Assembly: GCF_016127575.1 (NCBI RefSeq)
Contig: NZ_CP066019.1
Coordinates: forward strand, 2,790,001-2,822,000
From: Cupriavidus necator
Lineage (GTDB): Bacteria; Pseudomonadota; Gammaproteobacteria; Burkholderiales; Burkholderiaceae
DNA length: 32,000 nt
Reading direction: 5' to 3'
Under the pieces are notes generated by a model, which ran no database searches, was not told the DNA's origin, and was given only the letters and a program-made list of their open reading frames with translations. The translations under genes and the position numbers were made by a program. The first letter of the stretch is position 1. Each line of letters starts with the position of its first letter. This document shows positions 1 to 7,960 of the stretch, piece after piece.

Positions 1-212
1 ACGAACAGCGGCGTGCCCATCGCGTGCTCCAGGTTCTTCAGCCGGTAGCTCGCCGCCGACGCGGTGATATGCGTGGCCGAAGCGCCACCTGACAGGCTTT
101 GCGCATCGGCAATGGCCTGGAACAGGCGCAGGTCGGTCAGTTCGTAACGCAAGGCAACTCCGTTTGGGGCAGGACGGTCGAAAGGATTGGCGCTTGGTGG
201 TGTCGCGGCCAT
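1..212 (-). CDS. LysR-family transcriptional regulator, N-terminal part (continues beyond window start)
   Basis: Reverse-strand translation from the ATG at 212 gives MAATPPSANPFDRPAPNGVALRYELTDLRLFQAIADAQSLSGGASATHITASAASYRLKNLEHAMGTPLF. This is a typical LysR winged-HTH N-terminus. It is absent from the ORF track because it is open at the window edge. The start is uncertain: a TTG at 152 is preceded by GGAG (161-158), and a CTAGAAT -10-like box (217-211) overlaps the ATG, which favours the shorter form. Confidence 0.7.
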   Translation of the reverse strand, partial: MAATPPSANPFDRPAPNGVALRYELTDLRLFQAIADAQSLSGGASATHITASAASYRLKNLEHAMGTPLF

Positions 213-417
213 TCTAGTGCAGCACCGTGGACTTCCCGCCCGCCCTCCAGCCTGCACACACTCCGCCCATTTAATGTGGACGTCGTCCATTTTCTTTGCT
301 AAGGTATTGTGGACGGCGTACACAAAAGCATGCGCCAGTTGCCAGCGCGCCGCCTGATTCGCGCGCCATGCCGATATCCACGGCCGCCCGAGCGGCGGCC
401 TACCTACAGGAGTTGTC

Positions 418-843
418 ATGCAAGTCCAGCCCTATCTGTTCTTCGAAGGCCGTTGCGATGAAGCCGTTGAGTTCTATAAGAAGATTCTCGGCGCCAAGGT
501 CAACATGCGGATGACGTTCAAGGACAACCCGGAGGCCGGCAAGGGCGGCGAGGGTTGCCAGCCCGGCGCCGGCACCGAAGACAAGGTCATGCACATGGAG
601 TTCCAGATCGGCGACAGCGTGATCATGGCCTCCGACGGCCGCTGCTCGAACCAGCCCGACTTCCATGGCTTCGCCCTGTCGATCAACTATCCTGACAAGG
701 CCGCGGTCGAAAAGGCCTTCAACGGCCTGAAGGAAGGCGGCCAGGTAGTGATGCCGCTGGACAAGACTTTCTTTGCCGACCAGTTCGGCATGGTCACCGA
801 CCGCTTCGGCATCATGTGGATGCTGCTGTCGGCACCGAAGTAA
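418..843 (+). CDS. VOC-superfamily protein, PhnB/YjdN-like (3-demethylubiquinone-9 3-methyltransferase-type domain)
   Basis: 141-aa ORF. The N-terminus MQVQPYLFFEGRCDEAVEFYKKILGA and the C-terminal DRFGIMWML are characteristic of the PhnB-like glyoxalase-fold family. GGAG lies 5 nt upstream of the ATG. The gene is divergent from the LysR gene. Confidence 0.8.
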   Translation: MQVQPYLFFEGRCDEAVEFYKKILGAKVNMRMTFKDNPEAGKGGEGCQPGAGTEDKVMHMEFQIGDSVIMASDGRCSNQPDFHGFALSINYPDKAAVEKAFNGLKEGGQVVMPLDKTFFADQFGMVTDRFGIMWMLLSAPK

Positions 844-929
844 GCCGCGCATCGCGCAGGTTTCCCGGCAGCGACGCGCCCCTTGAGCATAAGGGCTTAC
901 AATGCGCCGCCTGCCGGAGAAACCACGCC

Positions 930-1133
930 ATGGACGATCGCATCAACGAACTCGAAATCAAGCTCGCCTTCCAGGAAGACCTGCTTGATACCCTGAACAG
1001 CACCGTGGCGCGCCAGCAGCATCAGATCGACCTGCTGCAGGAGCAGTTCCGCGCGCTGTACCAGCAGGTGCGCAGCGCCGCCACCACCGCGGCCGAAGCC
1101 GATCCCCAGCAGGAAATCCCGCCGCACTACTGA
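930..1133 (+). CDS. slyX: SlyX family protein
   Basis: The internal ATG at 930 of ORF 816..1133 gives MDDRINELEIKLAFQEDLLDTLNSTVARQQHQIDLLQEQFRALYQQV, the SlyX coiled-coil signature. The upstream part of the ORF does not look coding. Confidence 0.8.
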   Translation: MDDRINELEIKLAFQEDLLDTLNSTVARQQHQIDLLQEQFRALYQQVRSAATTAAEADPQQEIPPHY

Positions 1134-1253
1134 TCGACGCGGCCCGCGCCATGCAGGCCGATCGCCGATGTGACGGAACGCCATCCCGCCCGCGCGGTCT
1201 GACAGGCTGGCTCCATCCACCGCCGCCCTCGACAGGCGCGCCCCATCCGCCAC

Positions 1254-1808
1254 ATGCGTCTGAAACTTTCCCTGCTGATTGCCGCCGCCTGCGTCGCTGG
1301 TGCCTCCTCGGCGCTGGCCGGCTACAACATCTGGACCGGCGAGTACTCCCTCTCCCGGCAGGAACTGCAGACCGCGCTGGACCAGCGCTTCCCCGCCACG
1401 CTGCGCTACGCCGAAGTCGTCAGCGTGCAGCTCAGCCATCCCCGGCTGGTGCTGGACGAGGCCAACAACCGCGTCACCACCCATGTCGACGCACGCCTGA
1501 CCAACGCCTTGCTGCCCTCCCCGCCGGTAGACGGCAAGCTCGCGCTGAACAGCGGCGTGCGCTACGACCCGGCCAAACGCGCGGTGCTGCTCGACAACCC
1601 GACCGTACAGCAGGTGGAAGTCGCCGGCATGGGGCAATACCGCGAACAGCTCAACGCCATCGGCGCTGTGGTTGCGCAGCAATTGCTGAAGGACTATCCG
1701 GTCTATACGTTCAAACCCGAAGAACTGCGCGTCGGCGGCAAGGACGTGGAGCCGGGGGCGATTACCGTGGGCAAGGATGAGGTGCGGGTGGAGGTGAAGC
1801 AGCGGTAG
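1254..1808 (+). CDS. DUF1439 (YceB-like) exported protein
   Basis: 184 aa with an N-terminal signal peptide (MRLKLSLLIAAACVAGASSALAG). The YSLSRQELQTALDQRFP...VSVQLSHPRLVL pattern is typical of the DUF1439 family. GC3 is high. Confidence 0.7.
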   Translation: MRLKLSLLIAAACVAGASSALAGYNIWTGEYSLSRQELQTALDQRFPATLRYAEVVSVQLSHPRLVLDEANNRVTTHVDARLTNALLPSPPVDGKLALNSGVRYDPAKRAVLLDNPTVQQVEVAGMGQYREQLNAIGAVVAQQLLKDYPVYTFKPEELRVGGKDVEPGAITVGKDEVRVEVKQR

Positions 1809-1848
1809 GCATAGCCTGCGGGCCAGGCTCGCTCCTTCTTCCTCTACC

Positions 1849-2757
1849 TCAACCCCGGCCACCTCTGAACACCACCCCCAACCCCGCCAGCACCGCCCCC
1901 ATCCCCGCCATCGCCAGCGGCGCCATGCGGTTGCCCAGCAGCAGGTAGTCGAGCACCGCCGTGCCCGCCGGCACCAGGTAGAACAGGCTGGTGACGTTGA
2001 CCAGGTTGCCCGCGCGGATCAGGCGGTAGAACAGCAGCGTCGCGCCGATCGAAATGACCAGCGCCAGCCACAACAGCGGCGCAGCAAAAGCCAGCGAAGC
2101 ATCGAAGGCGAAGGGCTGGAAAGGCAGGCACAGCAGGCAGGCCGCGAGGCTCACGCCGTATTGCAGCGGCAGCACTTCTGCGGGTGCGCGCGTGATGCGC
2201 TTCTGCAGGATGGCGCCGACGGTCGTGCTGGCGAGCGAGGCCAGCGCGCACAGCACGCCTGCCAGCGACAGCCTGGCCAGCAGCAGGCTGTCCGCCACCA
2301 CCATGGACAGCCCGGCGAGCGCGAGGGCCAGGCCCGCCATGCGAGCGGCGCTGAAGCGCCGCTCGGTCAGCAGCAGCGTCAGCATCGGCTGGGCACCAAG
2401 CACGGTGGCGAGCACGCCGGGTGTCATGCCGTGGTCGAGTGCAAGGAAGTAAAAGACGGAGTAGCCGCCGATCAGCAGCAAGCCGGTCAGGGCGGTGTAC
2501 CGCCACTCGCCGCGCGGCGGCAGCAGGCGGTGCCTGGCCAGGCCGATCGCGCCCAGCACGGCGCAGACCAGCGCGAAGCGCAGCGTCAGCAAGGCGAAGG
2601 GCGTGGCGTGGTCTAGGGCCAGCCGGGCGGCGATGGCGCCGCTGCTCCACAGCAGCACGAAGAGGGGCGTGGCCCAGGCGGAAGTGTTGGTGGTGCGTGT
2701 GCCGGTGGCGGCGTCGAAATGCGCCGGGCAGTCTTTGTCGGTTGTCATGGATGTCAT
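1849..2757 (-). CDS. DMT-superfamily (EamA/RhaT-type) transporter
   Basis: 302 aa and very hydrophobic, with about 10 predicted helices and a two-EamA-repeat architecture (LFVLLWSSGAIAARLAL..., ...LFYLVPAGTAVLDYLLLGN). Confidence 0.85.
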   Translation of the reverse strand: MTSMTTDKDCPAHFDAATGTRTTNTSAWATPLFVLLWSSGAIAARLALDHATPFALLTLRFALVCAVLGAIGLARHRLLPPRGEWRYTALTGLLLIGGYSVFYFLALDHGMTPGVLATVLGAQPMLTLLLTERRFSAARMAGLALALAGLSMVVADSLLLARLSLAGVLCALASLASTTVGAILQKRITRAPAEVLPLQYGVSLAACLLCLPFQPFAFDASLAFAAPLLWLALVISIGATLLFYRLIRAGNLVNVTSLFYLVPAGTAVLDYLLLGNRMAPLAMAGMGAVLAGLGVVFRGGRG

Positions 2758-3101
2758 CTGTCGTCAGCTTGGCAGGCTCCAGCGACGCGCATGCGGCCAT
2801 GGCACAGCGGCAGCGCGCACAGGCGTGCGGCTGCCGTGCGCACAGGGACACGGATGCGGGACTACCGGAGACGAATGAGGCTGGGGGGCGTGCCCGTCAG
2901 CCGCGCGGCGGCGGCGGCGGGTGCGCACCGCCGATGCACGGCGGCGGCGCGACAGATGTGAACGCAGGCTGGCGACGCACGCATGGCAACGCGCGGCCCG
3001 GGGGCGCGGCGTTGACGGGGCGTTGGCGGTCTGCGGTCATGGCGGGAATTGAAGACTTCGAAGATGTGGTCTGGCGATGCTATGCCAGTGCGGCCATCGC
3101 G

Positions 3102-3965
3102 TCAACGCGATTCTGTTGTGCGCTGCTCCAGCCGGGACACCAGCGCCTGCAGCGTCGGCGCGCATCCGGCTTCCACCTTCAGCGCCAGCATCGCGTCCGC
3201 CCGCGTGGTGCCCAGGTTGAGCGCGGCCACGGGCTTGCCCATCTGTCCGGCCCAGACGCAGAAGCGGTAGCCGGAATAGACCATCAGCGACGAACCGACC
3301 ACGAGCATGGCATCCGCTGCTTCCAGCGCCGCGCGGGCGGCATCTACCCGCGGGCGCGGCACGGATTCGCCGAAGAACACCACGTCCGGCTTGAGGATGC
3401 CGCCGCAGCGCCCGCACTCGGGCACGCGGAACTGCGCGAACAGCGGCGATTCGAAATGCACGTCGCCATCGGCGGCGGGCTCGGCGATCACGTCGCGCAG
3501 CGCGGCGTTCTGTGCCAGCAGCCAGTCCTGCAGGCCGGCGCGGTCATGGCGCGTGCCACAGTCCAGGCAGATGGCGCTGGCCAGGCTGCCATGCAGTTCG
3601 ATCACACCCTCGCTGCCGGCGCGCTGGTGCAGGCCGTCGACATTCTGCGTGACCAGCGCCGTGAGCCGGCCGTGCGCGCCAAGGCGCGACAGCGCATGGT
3701 GCGCGGCATTGGGCCGCGCCTGCCACGCCACCGGCCAGCCCAGCATGCTGCGCGCCCAGTAGCGCTGGCGCCCCGCGTGCGAGCCCAGGAAGGCCTGCAG
3801 CGTGATCGGCTGCGAGCGCTGCCACTGGCCGCGCGCGTCACGGTAGCCGGGAATGCCGGAATCGGTGCTGATACCCGCGCCGGTCAGCACGAACAGGCGC
3901 GGGTGGCGCTGCACGAAATCGAACAGCGCGGACGTCGGGTGCGGGAGTTGCAGCGGCTCGCTCAA
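3102..3965 (-). CDS. NAD-dependent protein deacylase, Sir2 family (class II / SIRT4-like sirtuin)
   Basis: Canonical sirtuin motifs are present: GAGISTDSGIPGYR, TQNVDGLH (catalytic His) and the Zn-ribbon cysteines CLDCG...CGRCGG. No ATG precedes the conserved N-terminal helix, so I propose a TTG start at 3965. That start has GAGGA 9 nt upstream and overlaps the stop of the preceding gene (TTGA). The ORF-track ATG at 4091 would overlap the whole upstream gene. Confidence 0.85.
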   Translation of the reverse strand: MSEPLQLPHPTSALFDFVQRHPRLFVLTGAGISTDSGIPGYRDARGQWQRSQPITLQAFLGSHAGRQRYWARSMLGWPVAWQARPNAAHHALSRLGAHGRLTALVTQNVDGLHQRAGSEGVIELHGSLASAICLDCGTRHDRAGLQDWLLAQNAALRDVIAEPAADGDVHFESPLFAQFRVPECGRCGGILKPDVVFFGESVPRPRVDAARAALEAADAMLVVGSSLMVYSGYRFCVWAGQMGKPVAALNLGTTRADAMLALKVEAGCAPTLQALVSRLEQRTTESR

Positions 3966-4165
3966 TTTGCCGGATCCTCGGCATGACGCGCCGCCTGGCG
4001 CGCTTCCCAGGCGCGCAGCTCCTCGCGGTAGCGGTCCATTTCCTGGTAGTAGTAGTCGAAGATGCAGGGATCGCAGCCGGAGCCGCAGCACTCGTCATCG
4101 CCGGGCCGCTCTGGCGGCACCGGGCGGGGGTCGTCGGGGGACACGGCAGGGGACGCTTGGGACAC
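3962..4165 (-). CDS. Oxidoreductase-like (Oxidored-like, OXLD1-type) domain mini-protein
   Basis: 67 aa. PPERPGDDECCGSGCDPCIFDYYYQEMDRYREEL matches the CC-x-GC-x2-C...Y signature of the Oxidored-like N-terminal domain family. Confidence 0.7.
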   Translation of the reverse strand: MSQASPAVSPDDPRPVPPERPGDDECCGSGCDPCIFDYYYQEMDRYREELRAWEARQAARHAEDPAN

Positions 4166-4242
4166 TGACAGTTCGCGAACAGGCGCGTTGGCGGATCAAC
4201 CGCCAGTATATTCCCGCCGGCCCCGGCCTGCCGCCGGACCCC

Positions 4243-4569
4243 TCAGTGGCTGAGCAGCCCTTCGCCGACCGGGATCACCAGCGCCGTGCCCGCCAGGCAG
4301 GCGATGTCGTCCTCGGCAAGCCGGCGCGACACCACGCTGGCCAGCCTGGCGCCGATGCGGGCAAGTTCGGCGGCGTCGGCCAGGTAGACGGCGTCGATCA
4401 CGCTCTGGTCGAACTGCAGGGCCGCGCTCAGGCGGCAGCGTCCGGGCGAGCCGGCCGGCTCGGCCTGCCAGCTGACCTGCACCTGATTGCCGTCGCTGCG
4501 GTGGTATTCGGCCGACATCGGAAACAGCCGGCAGGTATGCTCGCGGGCCCACTCGACCAGGGCAGTCAT
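4243..4569 (-). CDS. hypothetical protein (108 aa)
   Basis: The ORF has strongly GC-rich third codon positions, consistent with the host coding pattern. It has the same orientation as its neighbours and lies 45 nt downstream of the preceding small ORF. I recognise no family. Confidence 0.55.
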   Translation of the reverse strand: MTALVEWAREHTCRLFPMSAEYHRSDGNQVQVSWQAEPAGSPGRCRLSAALQFDQSVIDAVYLADAAELARIGARLASVVSRRLAEDDIACLAGTALVIPVGEGLLSH

Positions 4570-4614
4570 GGCGATTCCCCTTTGGCGGGACAGCGCGTCC
4601 GCCGGTACGCCGCG

Positions 4615-4851
4615 TCAGCGGCTCAGTACATGGTAGAGCCAGTCGTGCGCGCGTGCCGGCACGCCCAGCGCGCTGGCATCGATGCGCCGCCCCTGCACCC
4701 GCAGTGTGCCTTCGTGCAGGGCATCAACCGCTGCCTGGGCATCCGGGAACCTCCCCATCACGCCATTGCCCAGCATCAGCATCCAGTCCTTCTCGCGGGG
4801 AATGAGCGTGAGCTGTCCCGCTGCGGTCTGGCAAAAGAAATAACCGTACAT
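4615..4851 (-). CDS. hypothetical small protein (78 aa)
   Basis: This is the C-terminal part of ORF 4615..5178, which would otherwise collide with the plpD-like gene. The ATG at 4851 (MYGYFFCQTAAGQ...) has a G-rich stretch about 5 nt upstream. An alternative ATG at 4881 lacks a ribosome-binding site. I recognise no family. Confidence 0.45.
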   Translation of the reverse strand: MYGYFFCQTAAGQLTLIPREKDWMLMLGNGVMGRFPDAQAAVDALHEGTLRVQGRRIDASALGVPARAHDWLYHVLSR

Positions 4852-4948
4852 GCAACCCCCAAGCACCTCGCCTGTGTCCATCTTAGAGCAGGGCACCATG
4901 GGGCCGCGTGCCGATCTGCACGCTTCCGAACGGCGTGATGAATTGTTT

Positions 4949-4977
4949 TTGCACGGCCGCGAGGGGGCGGCCAGAAT
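4949..4977 (+). promoter_or_regulatory. candidate sigma70-type promoter for the patatin/Omp85 gene
   Basis: TTGCAC (4949-4954), a 17-nt spacer, then CAGAAT (4972-4977), about 100 nt upstream of the ATG at 5076. This is a pattern match only. Confidence 0.3.
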
Positions 4978-5075
4978 GCCGCATTTTGCCCGAAGATAGC
5001 CGGACCTCCCCGCCCGGCTGATGCCGGGCCGGGCTACTGCCGCCCGTTGCGGCCGACAGCGAACCCCACGGTGCC

Positions 5076-7370
5076 ATGAAGGCAGCCTCATTCCATTGCT
5101 TGCACAAACTGCTCGTGCCGGCGGTCCTGGCACTGGCTGCGGGCTCGGTCCTGGCCGCTGAGCCGGCATCCATGCCAACGGCCTCGGGCATCGAGCCGCC
5201 CGCAGACCAGGCCGCGGCAGCCACGCCGCAGGTGGCCGCGGGCGCGCGCCCCCGCATCTGCCTGGTGCTCTCGGGCGGCGGCGCGCGCGGCGCGGCCCAT
5301 ATCGGCGTGCTCAAGGTGCTGGAGGCGATGCGCATCCCGGTCGACTGCATCGCAGGCACCAGCATGGGTTCGCTGGTGGGGGGCGCCTATGCCACCGGCA
5401 TGGCTCCCGCCGAAATGGAGCGGCTGGTCGGCGGCCTGAGCACCGACAGGATCTTCAAGGAACGCCCGCCGCGCCAGGACCTGACCATCCGGCGCAAGCA
5501 GGACGATTTCACCAACCTGTTCACGCCCGAGATCGGAGTGCAGGCCAGCGGCCTCTTGCTGCCCAAGGGCGCGGTCTCGGGCGTGCAGTTGGAGACCGTG
5601 CTGCGCCAGCTGGCCAAAGTGCCCGGCTACCGGGACTTCGACCAGTTTCCGATTCCCTACCGCGCTGTCGCCACGGACCTGGTGGCAGGCACGCCGGTGG
5701 TGTTCAGCCAGGGCGAGCTGGCCAACGTGATGCGCGCCAGCATGTCGGTGCCGGGCGCGGTGGCGCCGGCCGAGTACGAGGGGCGGCTGCTGGTCGACGG
5801 CGGCCTGACCGACAACCTGCCGGTGGACGTGGCGCGCAGGATGGGCGCCGATATCGTGATCGCGGTGAACCTGGGCACGCCGCTGATGAGGCGTGAGGAA
5901 CTGACCTCGATCATCGGCGTGACCGGCCAGATGCTCAATATCCTGACCGAGCAGAACGTGCGTGCGTCGCTGGCCTCGCTGCGGCCCACCGACGTGCTGA
6001 TCGAGCCGGCGCTGGGCGATTTTTCCGCGACCGACTTCGACCATCTGCCGGCAACTATCCCCATCGGCGAGGCTGCCGCGCGCAAGGTCGCCGACCGCCT
6101 CGCGCCGCTGGCGCTGCCGCCGGCGCAATATGCACAACTGCGCGCCAGGCAACAGGCGGTGCAGCCGCCTGACACCCGCCCGGTCGATGAGATCCGGCTG
6201 GCGCCGCTGCAGCGCGTCAACCCGGACTACGCCACCGCGGTGATGGAAACCAAGCCCGGGCAGCCGGTCGACCAGGCCACGCTGGACCAGGACATGCGCC
6301 GCCTGTTCGGCACCGGCGACTTCGAGCACGTCAACTACGGCATCCTGGAAGAGCCCGGCAAGCGCGTGCTGGCGGTCAATGCGGTGGAAAAATCCTACGG
6401 TCCCGACTACCTGCGCTTCGGGCTCGGGCTGAGCTCGGATTTCCGCGGCGATGCCTACTTCAACCTGGTGGGCAGCTACCGGCGCACCTGGCTCAATGCG
6501 CTTGGCGCCGAATGGCGCACCGATGCGCAGGTGGGCCAGACCTCGTCGCTGATCAGTGAGTTCTACCAGCCTCTGGATACGCGCCAGTATTTCTTTATCG
6601 CGCCGCGCATCGAGCTGGAGCGGCGCCCGGTCAATGTCTTCCAGGGCAGCACGCGCATCGCCACCTATGACCTGCGCCGCTTTGACGTCGCGCTGGACGC
6701 GGGCAGCCAGTTCACCAAGTACGGCGAGCTGCGCGTGGGCTTGCAGACCGGCGCGGAACACGCCACGCTGAGCACCGGCCCGGAGTCGCTGTCGCCAGGC
6801 CCGGGCAATATCCGGCGCGGCGCCATCACCGGGCGGCTCATCTTCGACCAGCTCGACAGCGTCGACTTCCCGCGCTTCGGCTATGCGGCCCGGTTTCACA
6901 TCTACGGCTCGCAGCCGGGGCTGGGCGCCGACCAGGCTTATGTCAAGGCGCAGGCGGACGGCATCTATGCCCACTCGTTCGGCGACAACACGGTCTCGCT
7001 GGCCTTCAAGGTCGGCAGCAATATCGGCGGCAAGCCGTTGCCGCGCTATGACCTGTTCCAGTGGGGCGGCTTCCTGCAGCAATCCGGTTATGCCACCGGG
7101 CAACTGCTGGGCGGCAACCTGCAGTTTGCGCGGCTGGTCTACTACAACAAGCTGGCGCGCCAGACCCTGCTGCAAGGCGTGTACGCAGGCTTTTCGCTGG
7201 AGGCGGGCCGCATGGGCGACCCGCTGGTGCCGGGGAGCCCGACCGGGCTGCTCAAGTCCGGCTCGGTCTTCCTGGCGCTGGACAGTCCGCTGGGCCCGCT
7301 TTACCTGGCCTATGGCCGCGCCGCCGCAGGCACATACAGCTTTTACCTGTTCCTGGGTAAACCCTTCTGA
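5076..7370 (+). CDS. patatin-like phospholipase fused to a POTRA/Omp85-type beta-barrel (PlpD-like, type Vd autotransporter architecture)
   Basis: 764 aa. It has a signal peptide (VLALAAGSVLAAEP), a patatin oxyanion hole GGGARGAAHIGV, the nucleophile motif GTSMG and the catalytic DGG (LVDGGLTDNLP). The C-terminal about 330 aa are rich in alternating beta-strand pattern and end in an aromatic residue (LGKPF). Confidence 0.9.
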   Translation: MKAASFHCLHKLLVPAVLALAAGSVLAAEPASMPTASGIEPPADQAAAATPQVAAGARPRICLVLSGGGARGAAHIGVLKVLEAMRIPVDCIAGTSMGSLVGGAYATGMAPAEMERLVGGLSTDRIFKERPPRQDLTIRRKQDDFTNLFTPEIGVQASGLLLPKGAVSGVQLETVLRQLAKVPGYRDFDQFPIPYRAVATDLVAGTPVVFSQGELANVMRASMSVPGAVAPAEYEGRLLVDGGLTDNLPVDVARRMGADIVIAVNLGTPLMRREELTSIIGVTGQMLNILTEQNVRASLASLRPTDVLIEPALGDFSATDFDHLPATIPIGEAAARKVADRLAPLALPPAQYAQLRARQQAVQPPDTRPVDEIRLAPLQRVNPDYATAVMETKPGQPVDQATLDQDMRRLFGTGDFEHVNYGILEEPGKRVLAVNAVEKSYGPDYLRFGLGLSSDFRGDAYFNLVGSYRRTWLNALGAEWRTDAQVGQTSSLISEFYQPLDTRQYFFIAPRIELERRPVNVFQGSTRIATYDLRRFDVALDAGSQFTKYGELRVGLQTGAEHATLSTGPESLSPGPGNIRRGAITGRLIFDQLDSVDFPRFGYAARFHIYGSQPGLGADQAYVKAQADGIYAHSFGDNTVSLAFKVGSNIGGKPLPRYDLFQWGGFLQQSGYATGQLLGGNLQFARLVYYNKLARQTLLQGVYAGFSLEAGRMGDPLVPGSPTGLLKSGSVFLALDSPLGPLYLAYGRAAAGTYSFYLFLGKPF

Positions 7371-7499
7371 GCCGGTCAGCATAAGCATCCAGAAAATGTG
7401 AGCCGGCCGCACCCTACCAAAGTTGTATGTAATGTCTTAATTCAAATGTCTATACTTTTTACGTCACCAAGACCCCCTCTTGAATGACGACCTTCCCCG

Positions 7500-7530
7500 G
7501 TCGCCGCTCCCCAGCGGCGACATTTTTTTT
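7500..7530 (+). terminator. rho-independent terminator
   Basis: A perfect 9-bp stem GTCGCCGCT / AGCGGCGAC (7500-7508 / 7513-7521) with loop CCCC, followed by A plus eight T (7523-7530). Confidence 0.7.
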
Positions 7531-7560
7531 GGGCGCCCGCCTGGCATGCGGCGCCTATGA

Positions 7561-7728
7561 TCCGCGCCTCGGGCTGCACTGGCGGGCGCTCCGCGCCTTT
7601 GCTGCACCAGCGGGCACGGCGTGTGCGGCCTGTCGCGGGGCTCGGTGCGCTCGCTGGCCGCCACGGTGACCTTCATGGCGGCGGGCTTCCTGACGGTGCT
7701 GGTGCAGCGCCATTGGCTGGGAGGCTGA
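7561..7728 (+). pseudogene. remnant of a YeeE/YedE-family (sulfur-transport type) membrane protein gene, C-terminal part only
   Basis: The frame ending in TGA at 7726-7728 reads ...[42 protein letters not shown]. This is the [14 protein letters not shown]-terminal signature of the small YeeE/YedE proteins. The frame is closed by a stop at 7558-7560 and has no start codon. Upstream similarity continues only in another frame. Confidence 0.55.
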
Positions 7729-7960
7729 CCGATGGGCACGCTCTTCTCATTGCTGGCCGGGCTGGTATTCGGCATCGGCCTGATCCTGTCCGGCATGGCC
7801 AACCCGACCAAGGTGCCTGGGGTTTCTCGACCTGGCCGGGGCCTGGGACCCGTCGCTCGCCTTTGTCATGGCCGGCGCGATCCTGGTGGGAGTGGTGGCC
7901 TTCGCACTGGCGCGCCGGCGCCAGCGCTCCTGGGCGTTGATGCCGTGCAGCATCCGGCCC

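Noticed and set aside
3102-3965. Sir2-domain protein as a possible anti-phage NADase (Thoeris/DSR/SIR2-HerA-like)
   Set aside because: It carries the full deacylase motif set (GAGIS, QNxDxLH) and an intact four-Cys Zn ribbon, and it is only about 288 aa long. It has no fused effector or sensor domain, and no HerA, TIR, pAgo or other defence partner is nearby. This is consistent with a housekeeping class-II sirtuin.
2421-3986. 521-aa plus-strand ORF spanning the EamA and sirtuin genes
   Set aside because: It is antisense to two well-supported minus-strand genes and crosses their intergenic region. It is Arg/Ala-rich with no domain signature.
5088-7412. 774-aa minus-strand ORF opposite the patatin/Omp85 gene
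   Set aside because: It is antisense to a gene with unambiguous catalytic motifs. The composition (R, A, G, Q runs) is that of a GC-rich antisense frame.
7446-7487. 13-codon mini-ORF (MSILFTSPRPPLE) inside the AT-rich island
   Set aside because: It has no ribosome-binding site, its codon usage is unlike the host, and nothing suggests a leader-peptide function.
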